NCBI GenBank assembly: GCA_040143965.1
Contig: JASJQH010000010.1
Coordinates: 1 to 57,365 of the forward strand
Reading direction: 5' to 3'
DNA: 57,365 nucleotides
Origin: Basidiobolus ranarum
Taxonomy: Eukaryota
Position numbers and translations under genes: made by a program. This document shows, piece by piece, positions 15,676 through 28,321 of the stretch (its first letter is position 1; each line of letters begins with the position of its first letter). Below the pieces are notes generated by a model. The model was not told the origin of the DNA. It saw only the letters and a list, made by a program, of their open reading frames with translations, and searched no databases.

Positions 15676-16716
15676 TTACATAGCGTAGGCATTGAAAAAG
15701 GTGGACTGATTTGTCTGATGTTTAGGTGAATTGGATAATGAGAATGCGAACTGGATGGGTGCGTTATCAATGAAGTTCTTAGGTGGTGGCGCCTGATGTC
15801 TGGATGTATGAACCATGATGGGTGAGCTCGATAAGCTTCGGGTCCTCGGTGTTTTGGTGTCTGCCTGTAGGAAGGAAGTAAGAGGCGGGAGTAAAGGTAG
15901 ATCCGATCTGATAGGAGCAAGGTTTTGTGGTGGCGGAGTTTGGCTAGGGGAGGACGCAGTGGAAGAGTTGGAATGGTACGGACTATTGGGAGCTGATCGG
16001 GCTTGTGTGACGTGGTTATAATCGTAATCCAAATATCTACAATCTTGAACAAATAAAGGAGACCCAGGTTCTAGTGGTCTAGGTATTGGCGAGGCACATG
16101 GACTGGTCACCTGTGAGGAACGAGCAGAGAAAGAGGTGTATCCATTTACGTGTTCGGAGTTCTCACTACCGGTAATTACAATAGATGGGTGTTTGGAAGC
16201 ATCGGAGTTGACTGGAGGTTGTTCTTTAAGTAATTGGTTTTCAAAGCGTAAATTCTGATTCTCATTTTGAAGTCTTTCGAGATATTCAGCTGCCCTTTTG
16301 AGAACATGTGTGGTATCGTGGTTGGATTCTCCCCCACCACTGGAAGGAATCATATCTACAAGTTTCTTTACAGCAGGGTCGACTAAATCATTGGGTTTTG
16401 GTTTACATGGGTCACGGGGTTTGGTTTTACGAAGGTTTGCCTTGTATTCGGAGTTGTCATTGTTTAAAATGTTGACTCCGTTGAGCAAATATGAGTCTGT
16501 TTTACGTGATTTACGTGGCTTTCGAGCTTTACCTTGCATCGAATTTTCAAATCGAAATAGTTTCAGTTTAGTGCCAACAGTCGGATTAGTTAAGGGGTAG
16601 GGTCGACTATCAGGAATTGGCCGTGGAGAAGAACCCGAAGGTCCATTTTGTGAACATCCTTGTGTTGGAACTACCATAGATATGCACCCTCCTTTATTGT
16701 ATGGCTTGGTTTCCAT
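15676..16716 (-). CDS. HLH-leucine-zipper family protein with a degenerate basic region
   Basis: Intronless 346-aa ORF. Helix 1 AVKKLVDMIP, helix 2 plus zipper HVLKRAAEYLERLQNENQNLRFENQLLK; S/P-rich C-terminus. Confidence 0.75.
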   Translation of the reverse strand: METKPYNKGGCISMVVPTQGCSQNGPSGSSPRPIPDSRPYPLTNPTVGTKLKLFRFENSMQGKARKPRKSRKTDSYLLNGVNILNNDNSEYKANLRKTKPRDPCKPKPNDLVDPAVKKLVDMIPSSGGGESNHDTTHVLKRAAEYLERLQNENQNLRFENQLLKEQPPVNSDASKHPSIVITGSENSEHVNGYTSFSARSSQVTSPCASPIPRPLEPGSPLFVQDCRYLDYDYNHVTQARSAPNSPYHSNSSTASSPSQTPPPQNLAPIRSDLPLLPPLTSFLQADTKTPRTRSLSSSPIMVHTSRHQAPPPKNFIDNAPIQFAFSLSNSPKHQTNQSTFFNAYAM

Positions 16717-18087
16717 TGAAGGTTAAATATGCGGCTCAAAGATAGATTCTAGGTGAACTGCAGAAAAGAGTCAATATAAAAAGGCCCAGCTCTACTATGG
16801 TTTCGAGCAATCAACATCAAGCAACAGGTAGTGTGTTTTTGCTTGATTCTGTCCAGGTATTTGAATGATTGAAGAGAGCTTTCCGGAGAAGAGAGAACAG
16901 AGCGTTGGAACAACGGAGTGACGTGAAAATTTACTAGTGTGTATTCCCAGGTTTATATAATAAACAAACGAAGTCCAGCAGAATGTCTATCGGGATTACT
17001 TTACCTTTACAGCCAATAAGATACGGAAACAGGAACGACATATGCAAATTGGATCGAGAAAAGCAAATAGAAGAACTTACCAAATTCGATAAATATTTTG
17101 TTTCAGGCATGATAGTTAGGGTTAACCCAAGGACGTTGGCTTTTCTTCAGTGATCATTCGTTCTTGGGAGGGTACTAAATAAGCAATAGCTATATTCGAA
17201 TGCACTTTGGAACGTTGATATGTCTGTCTATAGTCCACTCGGTAACTGCTTCTCACCTCTGATTTGTGTATATCCACCTTTGGTCGGTAACCAATAATAG
17301 AATGCTGATACTGAACCACGACTGTGGCTGTACTTCGAAGCTTAACATTTGGAAACATCACCTAGTCGCATAGCCTTATAGGACAGCGGATATATTGCCA
17401 AAAGGGGTGAATTGTTTATCAGTGCGGGTTTTGACCTTTCCAACTTCCAAGCAGGGAATTAACAAGAGATGTATATGACACTTCTATACCAAAAATGAAA
17501 AATTTACTAAGGAATCTAGACTATTTAGCTCCAGAAATGGCAATCCTCGACTCATGTTTAGAAAGCCTGATCCACGGCAAAATGAGCCCTGTCCTTTGGA
17601 ATCGAGACAGGAAAGGAGCTATCTCCATTGCCTGATTGGGCTAGTGGCTGTCTTAAGCTCACTTAGTATTAGTCAGTAGAATAGCATCACCTCGTATCTG
17701 TCAGCAATACACAAATCAGCATCTAGGTTTAACCGGATTTGGAGTGAGGTTCATAGAGTATTCCCTTATAGCCGTTTTTGTGGGATGATGCATATCAGTT
17801 GTGAGATACGCTATAGATAATTAATCCATTTCAATATTAGCAATTGCCTGTCCTTCACTGTTAATAATTCCACACGATAGAAGCTTGTAATTCATAATTT
17901 GACGTCTTTTCTGCTCTAAATCAAATGTAAACGGCAAGTTTGATCTGTATTTGAAATCTCTAAATAGTTTATCTTACATAGGGAAACTTTAATGTTCGAA
18001 GAAAGGTGAGATTTCCATAATATATATCTGTTTGAGCTGGGTCCTAACAATATAACATCATCATCATGACCACAGGATAGCATGGGA

Positions 18088-18125
18088 AGGGTAGGGTTAG
18101 GGTAGGGGTTAGGGTTAGGGTTAGG
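18088..18125 (+). repeat. Interstitial telomere-like (TTAGGG)n array
   Basis: Sequence agggtagggttagggtaggggttagggttagggttagg. Confidence 0.9.
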
Positions 18126-18138
18126 ATGTACAATATGG

Positions 18139-18594
18139 TCAATCTTGGTGTGCGCGAACTCGTTCTATTGCATTCTTAATATCTCTGACTAATTGTTTGG
18201 CATCAAGATGCTGCGGCGCCTCCATGAATATTCTACTGTAGGTGCAGTTGCGAAGAGTTAGACCGATTACTCGACTGGTATCTGGAGATGGCATATGATA
18301 AAACTCTTTCTTCTCCCCACTGAATGGGTGATAAATTGTTCCTAACAACAGTCTGCTCAATAGCTACACTACGCAAGAAATTACAAAACTCTTACCAGAG
18401 AGATAAACATAAGGAAGCTCGGCACCAACTCTAAATCCTTTAAAACCATGCTCAGCCCCCTCAGGCTGAAGACCAACCTGAGAGATATGATCCAAGGGGA
18501 TTACTATATCTTGGAACAAAAGAGAAATCAGCCGGTTGAAGAAGCGTTCAAATCCCAAGACTAAAGTGGTTTCGGTGAGTTCAAATTTGCTCAT
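18139..18594 (-). CDS. Small hypothetical protein (~133 aa, 2 exons: 18594-18396, 18341-18139), beta-rich, resembling bacterial PH-like hypotheticals
   Basis: Two ORFs joined in frame by the GT-AG intron 18395-18342 (YLSG|TIYHP). Pattern DIVIPLDHISQV...GFRVG.ELP.V.LSGT...KEF...VIGLTL....YSRIFME. Confidence 0.75.
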
Positions 18595-19159
18595 TGTTAG
18601 GGTAGATTAAAGTTGAAAATTGGATGTTAATGATTGGTATAAACAACTATGCCCTTACACCCTTATACTGCTAGGAACGCGCTATATACTGCGGAGCCAA
18701 GCAAATATATATAGTTCCGAAACCAATGAAGCTTAATTGATTTCTAGTCATTGGTATCACTCTTTGTTCCAGTCTGTTTTAATTGGACTTAGAATGATTA
18801 AGTGACACAGCTCCCTTTCTAGATGATTGACTTGGTCCGTATTTTGTACTTATCAATGATTAGATGAGCCTGGTTCTAGTTTGAGAACTAGGTAAATAAT
18901 TTACGCGCGGAATTGTTATTCTTGGTTTATAACGTTACTTATTAGGTAATCAATGTTTTTGGGGAAGTGACGGAGGAAATGAAGCAGAGAAGATTACAAT
19001 ATCTCTATTTTACATGACAGGGGAAAGAAAAGTAGGACAGCCCCGTAATAAAAGTCACCAAGATCGTAATAATCCAACATTACCTGGAAAAATATAGATA
19101 TAAGGAAGTGTTCCGAAGAAGCAATGTCTTGAAAAATCACTTGGATATTAATAAATGAC

Positions 19160-19964
19160 TTATTGACGATCATCGCGGCTTCTGCGTGAGCTACGATGAT
19201 CTCGACTCTTTCGTTCACGAGATGGACTACGACTTCTACTTTGGTATTTTTGATTTTGTCCATTATCTTTTAGTGTGGCACGTTGCGCTGCATAAAGTTC
19301 TTTACGCACTTTACGACTCACCACCTTCAAGTGCATAAAATTACAAAAACCACCACGAGTGCACTCAGAGTTTTCGTATTGTCTACAACAGGCTTCTCTA
19401 AAATCAGTTACTGGTGAAAGTTCGGCATACAGAGGTCGAGCTAAAAAATAATATTTAATAAACATGGCACCAATAATAATTCAACAGAATTTACTTCCTC
19501 ACCTGCATAAAATCTTTCGTTAAGTGCATCCACAGCTTTACCGGCATCTTCTTCGTAACGATAGCGTACATAAATATTTCCAACCAAGTGATCTCCAACA
19601 TTATCACAGATGTTCATTTCCTCAATCTCTCCGTACTTGGCCAATTCTATAAACATATCTTCATAATACATATCGAAATGTTCTTGAAGTTGCTCTTCAT
19701 TTAGAATACATGTCGGGTCGTGAGCGGGATTTTGATAAACATTACTCAATAAGATGGTTTGAGAAAATGTGGGTTTGACATGTTTACGGGAACAACGATC
19801 TCCATGTCGACAGGCACCGATTTTGAAATAAAACGAGCAATTGACTCTAGATAATAAAGAACGATTAAAAAACCATCTAAAATACTTCAACTTGAACTAG
19901 TAATAATGAGATGCACTTACTTGTCTTTTTCAGTACCATAAATTGAAGCAAGATAATCAGCCAT
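19160..19964 (-). CDS. U2AF1: Splicing factor U2AF small subunit (3 exons)
   Basis: MADYLASIYGTEKDK|VNCSFYFKIGACRHGDRCSRKH, UHM domain, second zinc finger CRQYENSECTRGGFCNFMH, RS tail. Confidence 0.97.
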
Positions 19965-20334
19965 GTTTCTTGAGTGTTGCTAAGGCAGAGGATCACTTTT
20001 ATTCACAATCTTGATCCTATTTTCTAAACTATTTGATTTCCCGAGCGAGAAACAAGAAAAAAAGGACTTTAGAAACCGCTTGTTAACGCGTAAAATTTCA
20101 ACTCTTAAACAAGATTCAGTAATAAGTTCAGTGCTTTCAAATTTTCTATGCATTCAAACTAACTATCAAATCCCTTAACTTGATATCGTTGGAATGTATT
20201 ATCGAGTTTGTCATATTTTGGGATAGTTGTCCCATTTAATCATCGTTTTCCGTCAATAATACCGGAAACATTGGATTGATTTATCAGATATGATCTATGA
20301 AATTGATCAGTAATCCCTCCTGAACGAGGAAGAA

Positions 20335-21378
20335 ATGATCAACATTACATTCCTACCATTTTTTAGGGTAGTTACTAACTGTCAAGCTGATATAGTCACC
20401 GTTAATTCAAGGCTCCACACCACAGCTTTCTTGGATTCCTTCCCTATGAAGAGTTAGGTCTTTCCTAGGATGATTCTTTCAAGCATGTTCACATGACTAT
20501 CAAGCTGATACGACATACATAATTCATAATTTAGACCATCTTAGTTCCAAGAATCATTGGAAGGAGTTTGTCGAGCCTGTTACAAGTAAACACATCATAC
20601 GGTTATTATAGGTGTTATGTCGAAGCCCCTTCGCTCTTTAAATAATTTATGGGCAAAATCAGAGGAAGTTAAGTGTAGATTTTATCAAAAGTAGTATCGC
20701 TTAAAAAAGATGACTTTCACCAACTATGCTACGAGGAATACTGATGGTATTAAGCTCGTCCTCCGTGAATTAGAAATGATTAAGTAACATTGTTACATAG
20801 TTTGTGTTATTGCTCACCCTCAAATTCGCAGAGTCAAAAAGTCGAAGAGCAAATGATACTTCAACAAAACTAGAGACGTAATTTTCGTCTTCGAGTAAGA
20901 CGGGATGATCGATGTTATTAGTGGTACTAAGGGTAAGAGCTTTGAAGGTGTTACCCATCGTTGAGGTACCAAAAAGGGCCTCCATAAGGTTGCTTCAAAC
21001 CAACAGTTCCTCGTGCTAGTCAAAGCGGCTTCCATCATCATAACGGGGTTAACAAAATGATCTATCGTATTTCCAACGGTCCTGAAAAGAATACTTTCAC
21101 TGAATATGATCTTACATATAAAGCTATCACACTTATGGGTGGTTTCCCTAATTACCGAAACATAAGAGAGGATATCCCCATGGTCAACGGTTGTTATTGG
21201 TATTAAAAAGATAATTTTAACTCTTCATAAGTCCCTCTTAGTTAACACCAAGATATCCACTCTCGAGAAGTCTCTCGAATTCATCGATACCTCTTCCAAG
21301 TTTGGACATGGTCGTTTCCACACTGTCGAAGAAAAGAAGGTGTCCATGAATACTCTTATGAAGGGTTTGTCTACCTGA
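20335..21378 (+). pseudogene. RPL3: Decayed 60S ribosomal protein L3 pseudogene
   Basis: Ordered fragments SHR*FKAPHHSFLGFLP, MIDVISGTKGKSFEGVTHR*GT, TEYDLTYKAITLMGGFPNY and [20 protein letters not shown], interrupted by stops, frameshifts and deletions. Confidence 0.92.
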
Positions 21379-21626
21379 ACCTTTTTCTCGTCATATTTAC
21401 AATAAATATCTTGAGAGTTTACGAATAGTCAAAAATTGTCACTTCTCTACAGCATGTATCAAGTCTCTACAAGTCGAGTATAATGATAGTTTGACTTAAT
21501 ACATACTGTATATATATATCCATCAACTAGATTGAATATGTATTAATATAGAAGTCCGATGGAAAATATACGTTGAAAAATTTATAGTTTATAGAGGTTT
21601 TCTCAAGTTCTTAGTACCTTTATACA

Positions 21627-22103
21627 ATGACTTTAGCTGAATATGTCAGAGGTGTTCATCACGTTGCCATCATAAGCTCCAACTATGAAACTTCAAAGGG
21701 TACACATATTTATCCAAATATCTCAAAAAAAAAATACTAACAATATTTTGTGAGAGTAGATTTCTATACACGTATCCTAGGCTGTGATGTTCTAAATGAA
21801 ACTTATCGTACTGAGCGTGACTCTTGGAAGTTAGATTTGAAAGTCCCCAATACCAACACTCAGATTGAGTTGTTCTCTTTTCCTTCGCCACCAAAACGTA
21901 CCTCACGCCCAGAAGGATGTGGTCTTCGTCATCTAGCCTTTGTAGTCAATAATCTTGATAAAGCTGTAGAGCAACTTGAGAAGGATGGAGTGGCCGTAGA
22001 AGAAATTCGAGTAGATCCTTTAACAAATCAACGATTCACATTCTTTGCTGACCCAGATGATTTACCTTTAGAGCTGTATGAGGATATCAAGTGTGAGCAA
22101 TAG
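21627..22103 (+). CDS. VOC/glyoxalase family protein, YaeR-like (exons 21627-21699, 21760-22103)
   Basis: GVHHVAIISSNYETSK|DFYTRILG...ETYRTERDSWKLDL...IELFSFPSPPKRTSRPEGCGLRHLAF...EEIRVDPLT..RFTFFADPDDLPLELYE. 60-nt GT-AG intron with an ACTAAC branch. Confidence 0.9.
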
Positions 22104-22433
22104 TATGTTATACGTCAGAGTTCTTGTCTATATCAATCATTAGAATACTTTTAAATAAAATTCTTAGTTGTTATACAATATATTGCAAAGTATGTTGGAT
22201 AAGAGTTGGAGAATGTGTTTTAGATTTATAAGGCGCATGTGATAGAATATGGATAACTATCTATGGCTAATAATGTTGCTTTCAAGAGTATGGATAAATG
22301 AAGGCGTGGATCACGCAAGGAATATGGCAGAATGGGATGTCAATGTGACGATGGATTCATCTAAAAACACAACACTCAAGGCGTTGTAGAGTAATTCGAG
22401 TTGTATAAGGTACATTAGGAGCTCAGTAGATAG

Positions 22434-23461
22434 TCACTTGTTCTTGTTTGCTAAGGGTGAAGATATGAGTGAATTAGGCTGAGTTTGTGGAGGTGTTTGA
22501 GGTGCAGTAATTTGAGGTGAATTAGCGGGAGTGTTTCGACGAACTAGCAAGTTTTTCAATGATTTCAAATCATCATGGAGACTAGCTACCATGGCATGCT
22601 GAGCTGACTTTTGACTTTCTAGCATCTAAGGTAAAATATGTCAACTGAGTGATAGTAAAACTGTTGGTGATTTTTTACTTCTTACTTGTGGAATAGATTG
22701 CTGAAGTTCGTCGAGTTGCTGACTCAAAAGCTTGAACTCTCGATCATGTGTAGATACTTGTGTTTCGAGATTTTTCACTGAAGTTCCAATCGTCTCTATA
22801 TAGTCTTTCAGGGCGGCAGTATTAGATGTGGCTTCAGCAAGTTGCTCCGTTATACTGTGAGAATATGGATTAAAGGACGTTCCGTTGAGTTTTAGACCGA
22901 TAGGCTTCTTTGATCGTAGTCTACTTTCTGTATTTTTAGGAATATCTAATTGCTTAGTATCTTTTTTATCACCGGAGCCCTATTAGCACAAAGAAGGTCA
23001 AAATTACAGCTGCAATAAGTTTTACTAAATATCGCTTTTACCTTGAATAGCGCATATGCTCCATATACACTTCCCAAAGCTCCCACTGTTACCGCTAAAT
23101 ACTCTTTCCAGTGTTTCATTTCGGGTTTAGAAAAGGTATTTTGCAAAGTTTTGATTCCATAATTCCCTGAGGTTACAATAGACTTTGGTTGTGTGCTATT
23201 TTTCTGAAACAAGTTTTTTGCAGATTCCCAAGCCTCATTCTGTTGAGTTAGCTGTTCATTTTGGACAGGCTTTAACTCTAGGGAATCAGTTTTAGCAGTT
23301 ACTTTCTGTTGTTGGGCGTATTTCAGAGCCTCCTCTACCTCTTGGTCAGATAGGCCCTTACTCTTTAAAAACTCAGTTTTCTGCTCTAGACTTTTGCTTC
23401 TCACTTGAGGGAGTTGAAGAAATTTCACGGCGCTTTCAACCAACCGGTTTTGTTCAGCCAT
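22434..23461 (-). CDS. PEX14: Peroxisomal docking protein Pex14-like (3 exons)
   Basis: Pex14 N-domain RLVESAVKFLQLPQVRSKSLEQKTEFLKSKGLSDQEVEEAL, hydrophobic segment WKEYLAVTVGALGSVYGAYALFK, coiled coil ending DLKSLKNLLVRR. Confidence 0.8.
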
Positions 23462-24052
23462 TTCGTTATTTCGAAAAAAAGAAGTTACTATAGGTTTGAA
23501 AATGGTATCTTCTTTGGTAACACGTTATTTTTGTAAATAGGTAGCACCCTAAGTTGAGGCAGGAGGGTATCATTCATGTTAAATCAAGCTTAGATGACGA
23601 TACTAGTTAATCAAAACTATGGATATGTGAGAGATTCATGGAATTCAGACCATATATAGCGGTTTTCATTATCATTATCGCCCAAAAAATGTAGATCATT
23701 CTCATCTTGTTCTTGCTACCAGTTGAAGAAGATTTGTACAAAGATAATAATGAAGTATCAAGTAATGATAATATAGTGTAACGGATTGACAATGACAGAG
23801 CGTCAACCCGTAACCCTAGCCCTAACCGCAAATATAAAGTACCAAATTCGCATCAGTATCTACGTCCATTTTTGGAATTCATCTACATTATATACATATA
23901 TAATGAAACCGAGTGAAATGAAAACCGAATCTGATACAGTCAAGAACCGTGGGACCAAATACGGCATTCGTTCATTGCTAAAATCCTGGAGAATTTCAAT
24001 TATATAACAGTCGACTCTCAGACTGAAAGCAAATCAATTATCCTTGTTCCTA

Positions 24053-26279
24053 ATGGTATCGAGCCAAGTATTTTCCGTCGCTGTTGGCGAAGAGACCGCT
24101 ACATCAGGCAAACCTCACCGCTATTATAAAACCACTGACGCTTTACTACACACCCCCACTTCTGATATCAATACTCTCTACGATGTTCTTCAATACTCAG
24201 CTCGTACATATAAAGGCCAAGAAGGTCTTGGCTATCGTAAGGTAGTTAAAGTGATCTCGGAAGAGAAGGTTGTGAAGAAGAATATTGGTGGTGAGATTCA
24301 AGAGGAGGTTAAAACCTGGAACTATCCTGAACTTGGTCACTACAACTGGTACACATACCAAGAAGCCAGTGATGTCTGTAGCTCTCTTTCTGCCGGTTTA
24401 CTTCAGTTGGGTCTTGCCCCTCACTCTAAAGTGATTCTCTTTGCTAAAACTAGGTAAGGGATACTTCATCCTGTTTATCAAAAGAATGTTGATCATTTAT
24501 TTTATCTTCACATAGCGTTGAATGGATGCTTATGGCCCAAGGTTAGTCCTCTCTTCTCTATAGGTAATATTTCTCATACCTTCAACTCAAACTTCTTGTA
24601 AATGTAGCTTGCTATATGCAAAGCCTCGTCGTGGTAACAGCCTACGATACCTTAGGAGAAGATGGTGTCTTACATGCTGTAAACGAAGGCGAAATTTCTG
24701 TCATGTTCACAACTGCTGAACTGTTAAAAACCACCTCAAACGTTGCTTCCAAAGCATCCTCATTAAAGCATGTTATTTACATGGAGGATGCCCCCACTGA
24801 AACCTTCAACAACTTCAAGGATGCCAACCCTACCATTGAGCTTCATAGTTTCGATCAAATCAAAGAGCTCGGTGTCCAATACCCTGCCAATCATCAACCT
24901 CCTAAACCAGAAGACTTGGCCTGCATTATGTATACATCTGGCACCACTGGTGCTCCTAAAGGTGTTATGCTAACCCATGCCAATATCGTTGCCGGCAGTA
25001 AGTGTAATTTCAACTCACAATTAGGAGATTACCTGCTAACCACTCTCATGTATTAGTTGCTGGCACCTCTAAGCTTTACAAGGGTATCCTTGGACCAGGT
25101 GATATCATTATGGCCTACCTCCCATTGGCCCATGTTCTAGAATTTTTAGTTGAACATGCTGTGATATACTGGGGAGTTGCTTTGGGTTACGGTTCAGTCA
25201 GAACCCTTACCGATGCTTCCGTTCGAAACTGCTTGGGTGATCTTCGTGAATTACGTCCTACAGTTTTGACAGGAGTCCCGGCCGTTTGGGAAAGCATTCG
25301 AAAAGGAGTTATGGGCAAAGTTCATGCGGCTGGTGGCTTGACTACCACGATCTTCGAAACCGCTCTATATGTCAAAAGATTCCTAACTAAGTATCATATT
25401 CCAAGTCAATTTATTGATAATATTTTCTTCAAGAAAATTAAGGATCAGACTGGTGGTCGAATTCGTATAGCCTTATCTGGAGGTGCGCCCATTGCCGCTG
25501 AAACTCAGGAATTCCTTACCCTTACAGTATGTCCAATTTTACAAGGTTATGGAATGACAGAGGCCACAGCTATGTGCTCTCTCATGAGCCCCAGTAACTT
25601 CTCCTATGGTGGTAGTGGTCCCCCTGTTCCATGCAGTGAGGTCAAGCTTGTAGATGTTGAAGAGTCGGGATATCGCCATAATAACAACCCATCTCAAGGG
25701 GAAGTCTGGGTCCGTGGCCCTGGAGTTATGAAGGGCTATTTCAATAACGAGGAACTTACTAAAGAAGTATTAACTGAGGATGGCTGGTTGAAGACGGGGG
25801 ACATTGGTGAATGGAGACCCGATGGAGGCCTGGCCATTATTGATCGTAAAAAGAATTTGGTCAAACTCTCCAATGGTGAATACATTGCTCTTGAGAGACT
25901 TGAAGCACTTTACAAAACTTCTTTGTTCGCGAATAATCTCTGTGTTTATGGCGATTCCTTCCAAAGCCATCCAGTTGCTTTAGTGGTTCCAGTAGAGGAT
26001 CGAATTCGCAACCTGGCTCAACAGAAAGGAGTTCCCAATGCGGAAAATCTATCGCTATCTGAATTATGCCAGCATAAAGTGGTGAAACAAGGGGTTTTAC
26101 AAGCATTCAATGATATTGCAAAGAGATCTCGACTTGTGTCGGCTGAAATGATTCAAAATGTCTATCTGTGTGACGAAGAATGGACCTCGGAGAACGGCAT
26201 GTTGACCGCAGCGCAAAAGATAAAAAGAAGAGATATCATACACAAATATCAACCCGAAATTAATGCTATGTACAAGTAA
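24053..26279 (+). CDS. Long-chain fatty acyl-CoA synthetase (Faa1/Faa4 type)
   Basis: AMP-binding motifs [29 protein letters not shown] and GWLKTGDIG...[23 protein letters not shown]. Three GT-AG introns, including a 26-nt exon near 24516-24541. Confidence 0.95.
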
Positions 26280-28321
26280 ATTAATCTCCCCTTCATTTTG
26301 GTAAAGTGTTATTGTAACATGTCTCCTGCTATTAAAATTGTAAATTTACCATTAATAAATTGCACGATTGACACATACAAACTCATGCTACAAGAATATT
26401 CCACACTAGACTGGTGAAATGAAGCGAACTGTTTAGAATAATCCCGTTGCGGACCATTCGTATGATTTGAATGATTCGCTACCTTTTCACGCCGTGTTCA
26501 GTTGACTTGCCTATCAGATCTGTGAAATGAAAATTCCAACCAATAGTCGTCCAGATACAGAGTGTGCTCCCACGATGTGTAGCCAATCCAACAGCCTTCT
26601 TCGAGTCGAGTGGCCTCACACATATGACACAATTTGGGTCTGATGATACACGAATTTATAGCATTAGGAGTATTCCAGCCACGATGACTTTTTTGGCGCA
26701 TGCTCGTAATAGCATTTGGAATCCCAACCAACTCCAAAATAACTTGAATATTGCCAGTTAAAGTGCATCTTATGCACCCATTTGTACGCTTCTACTGTCC
26801 AGATTTCTGGTGAATTTCTGTTGCCACCAAATGCTATTTGGAAGAGCTTTGGAAAGAACTTTTCTTTGCCAACTTCAACCCTAAACAGGAAAATACCCTT
26901 CTTGTGAATAGTTCTCTAGCCATATGGAGACATGAGGAGAAACATATTGATAACTCAAATTTGGGTTCATAAAAGCATCAGTGTACACTGGACGGCATTG
27001 TGTGAATTAACCAGCATGATTATTCATAGTATTGATGAAGATGATCGATTTAAGTACGATCAGTCGGATCAATTAATCAGAATATCAATTCGGTACTTAC
27101 CCCAAGTCTAAGGATTATGCTAATAAGAAACTGCTTTATGGAATATGATTCAATTACGCACACTCAACACACTCAAAATTCTTAAGTTAATGAAGGAGCG
27201 TTACACTACTGACGACATGCCTTTCTCTAGATAAAAAGCATGACATGATGATGGTGATGGTGAAAATCTTACTAATAGTGAGATTATCTAACTTCTGCTA
27301 ATGTTACCTCCAGGGAAATGGAGAAACTGGCATGTTGATAACAAATCTAGATAACTTGGGAAGTGGTCAAGGAAATATCAATACTCCATCCTGGTCCTTT
27401 GATGGCTGCTAATGCTCTCCTCCGCTGGTACCCTGACGGGGGTAGCATGGACTTCAGAAAAAAACTAATCAAAGTAAACTTGGAGTTAATAAAACAGCAT
27501 AGCAAATTCAGTTTCAATAACCCCAAGAGTGAATAAATACCAATCTACACCAGAGTTACTGCACCTGCTGATAGGAATAGTAACAATTTGTCAACATGAA
27601 TACATAGTAAGAGTTATAGTAGTACATTGCTCTAAAGTGCAGATAGAATAATATGAAATCACTGCACTAATGAGACTATGATTAATGAATGATGTTACTG
27701 TTGTATTTGAAAAAACTTCAAGCATTTGATTTGCGTTAAAGTATTTTGGGAGCCTGTTGGAAGTGTTTTGGAGAATTAGAGAAATTGGTGGTTTTCACTT
27801 ATTGAGTTGAAAGTTGACATTTATAGTTTTGTTAAGATGTAAGCAAACTAGCTTGTAGAATATGTCTAGGAAGGTCCCAGAAACATGTGTGCAAAGTTTG
27901 GAGCTTCTAGCACAAGTTTGAAAAAATCTATATATTTGAGCACTTCTAAGTTGGTGTCAATATTCCAAGTCAATTCCTTATGAGAAAAATGGGTAATATC
28001 TTAGTTCAATATAAGATAACCAAGTACTAAGCTATATATGACTATATAGGTGTTTAAGCAATGCTAATTTCAACAGTTTGTAAATTGACCACTACAGCCA
28101 CTAGATGTCTATTGATTACTCAGGAGACTTTGCCAAGTCTGCATATACTACCAACCATTATGAAAGCCACAAAGGAGCATGTATTGAAGTCATATGGAGA
28201 TCAATACAACCAAATATCTGTTATGTGAATGTCAACTAACATTACTCTTGCTACAGCAGCACGTGATTATATTTAATTAACTTTATTTGGTCAATCAGAT
28301 AATTGTAAAGAATAAAAGGAC

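Noticed and set aside
25084-25094. GTATCCTTG, a U12-like donor in the acyl-CoA synthetase
   Set aside because: It lies in continuous conserved coding sequence ([18 protein letters not shown]) with no matching branch site.
26400-28200. 1.8-kb spacer with coding-like and transposon-like texture
   Set aside because: No recognisable transposase motif, TIR pair or protein family in any frame. A repeat library search would be needed.
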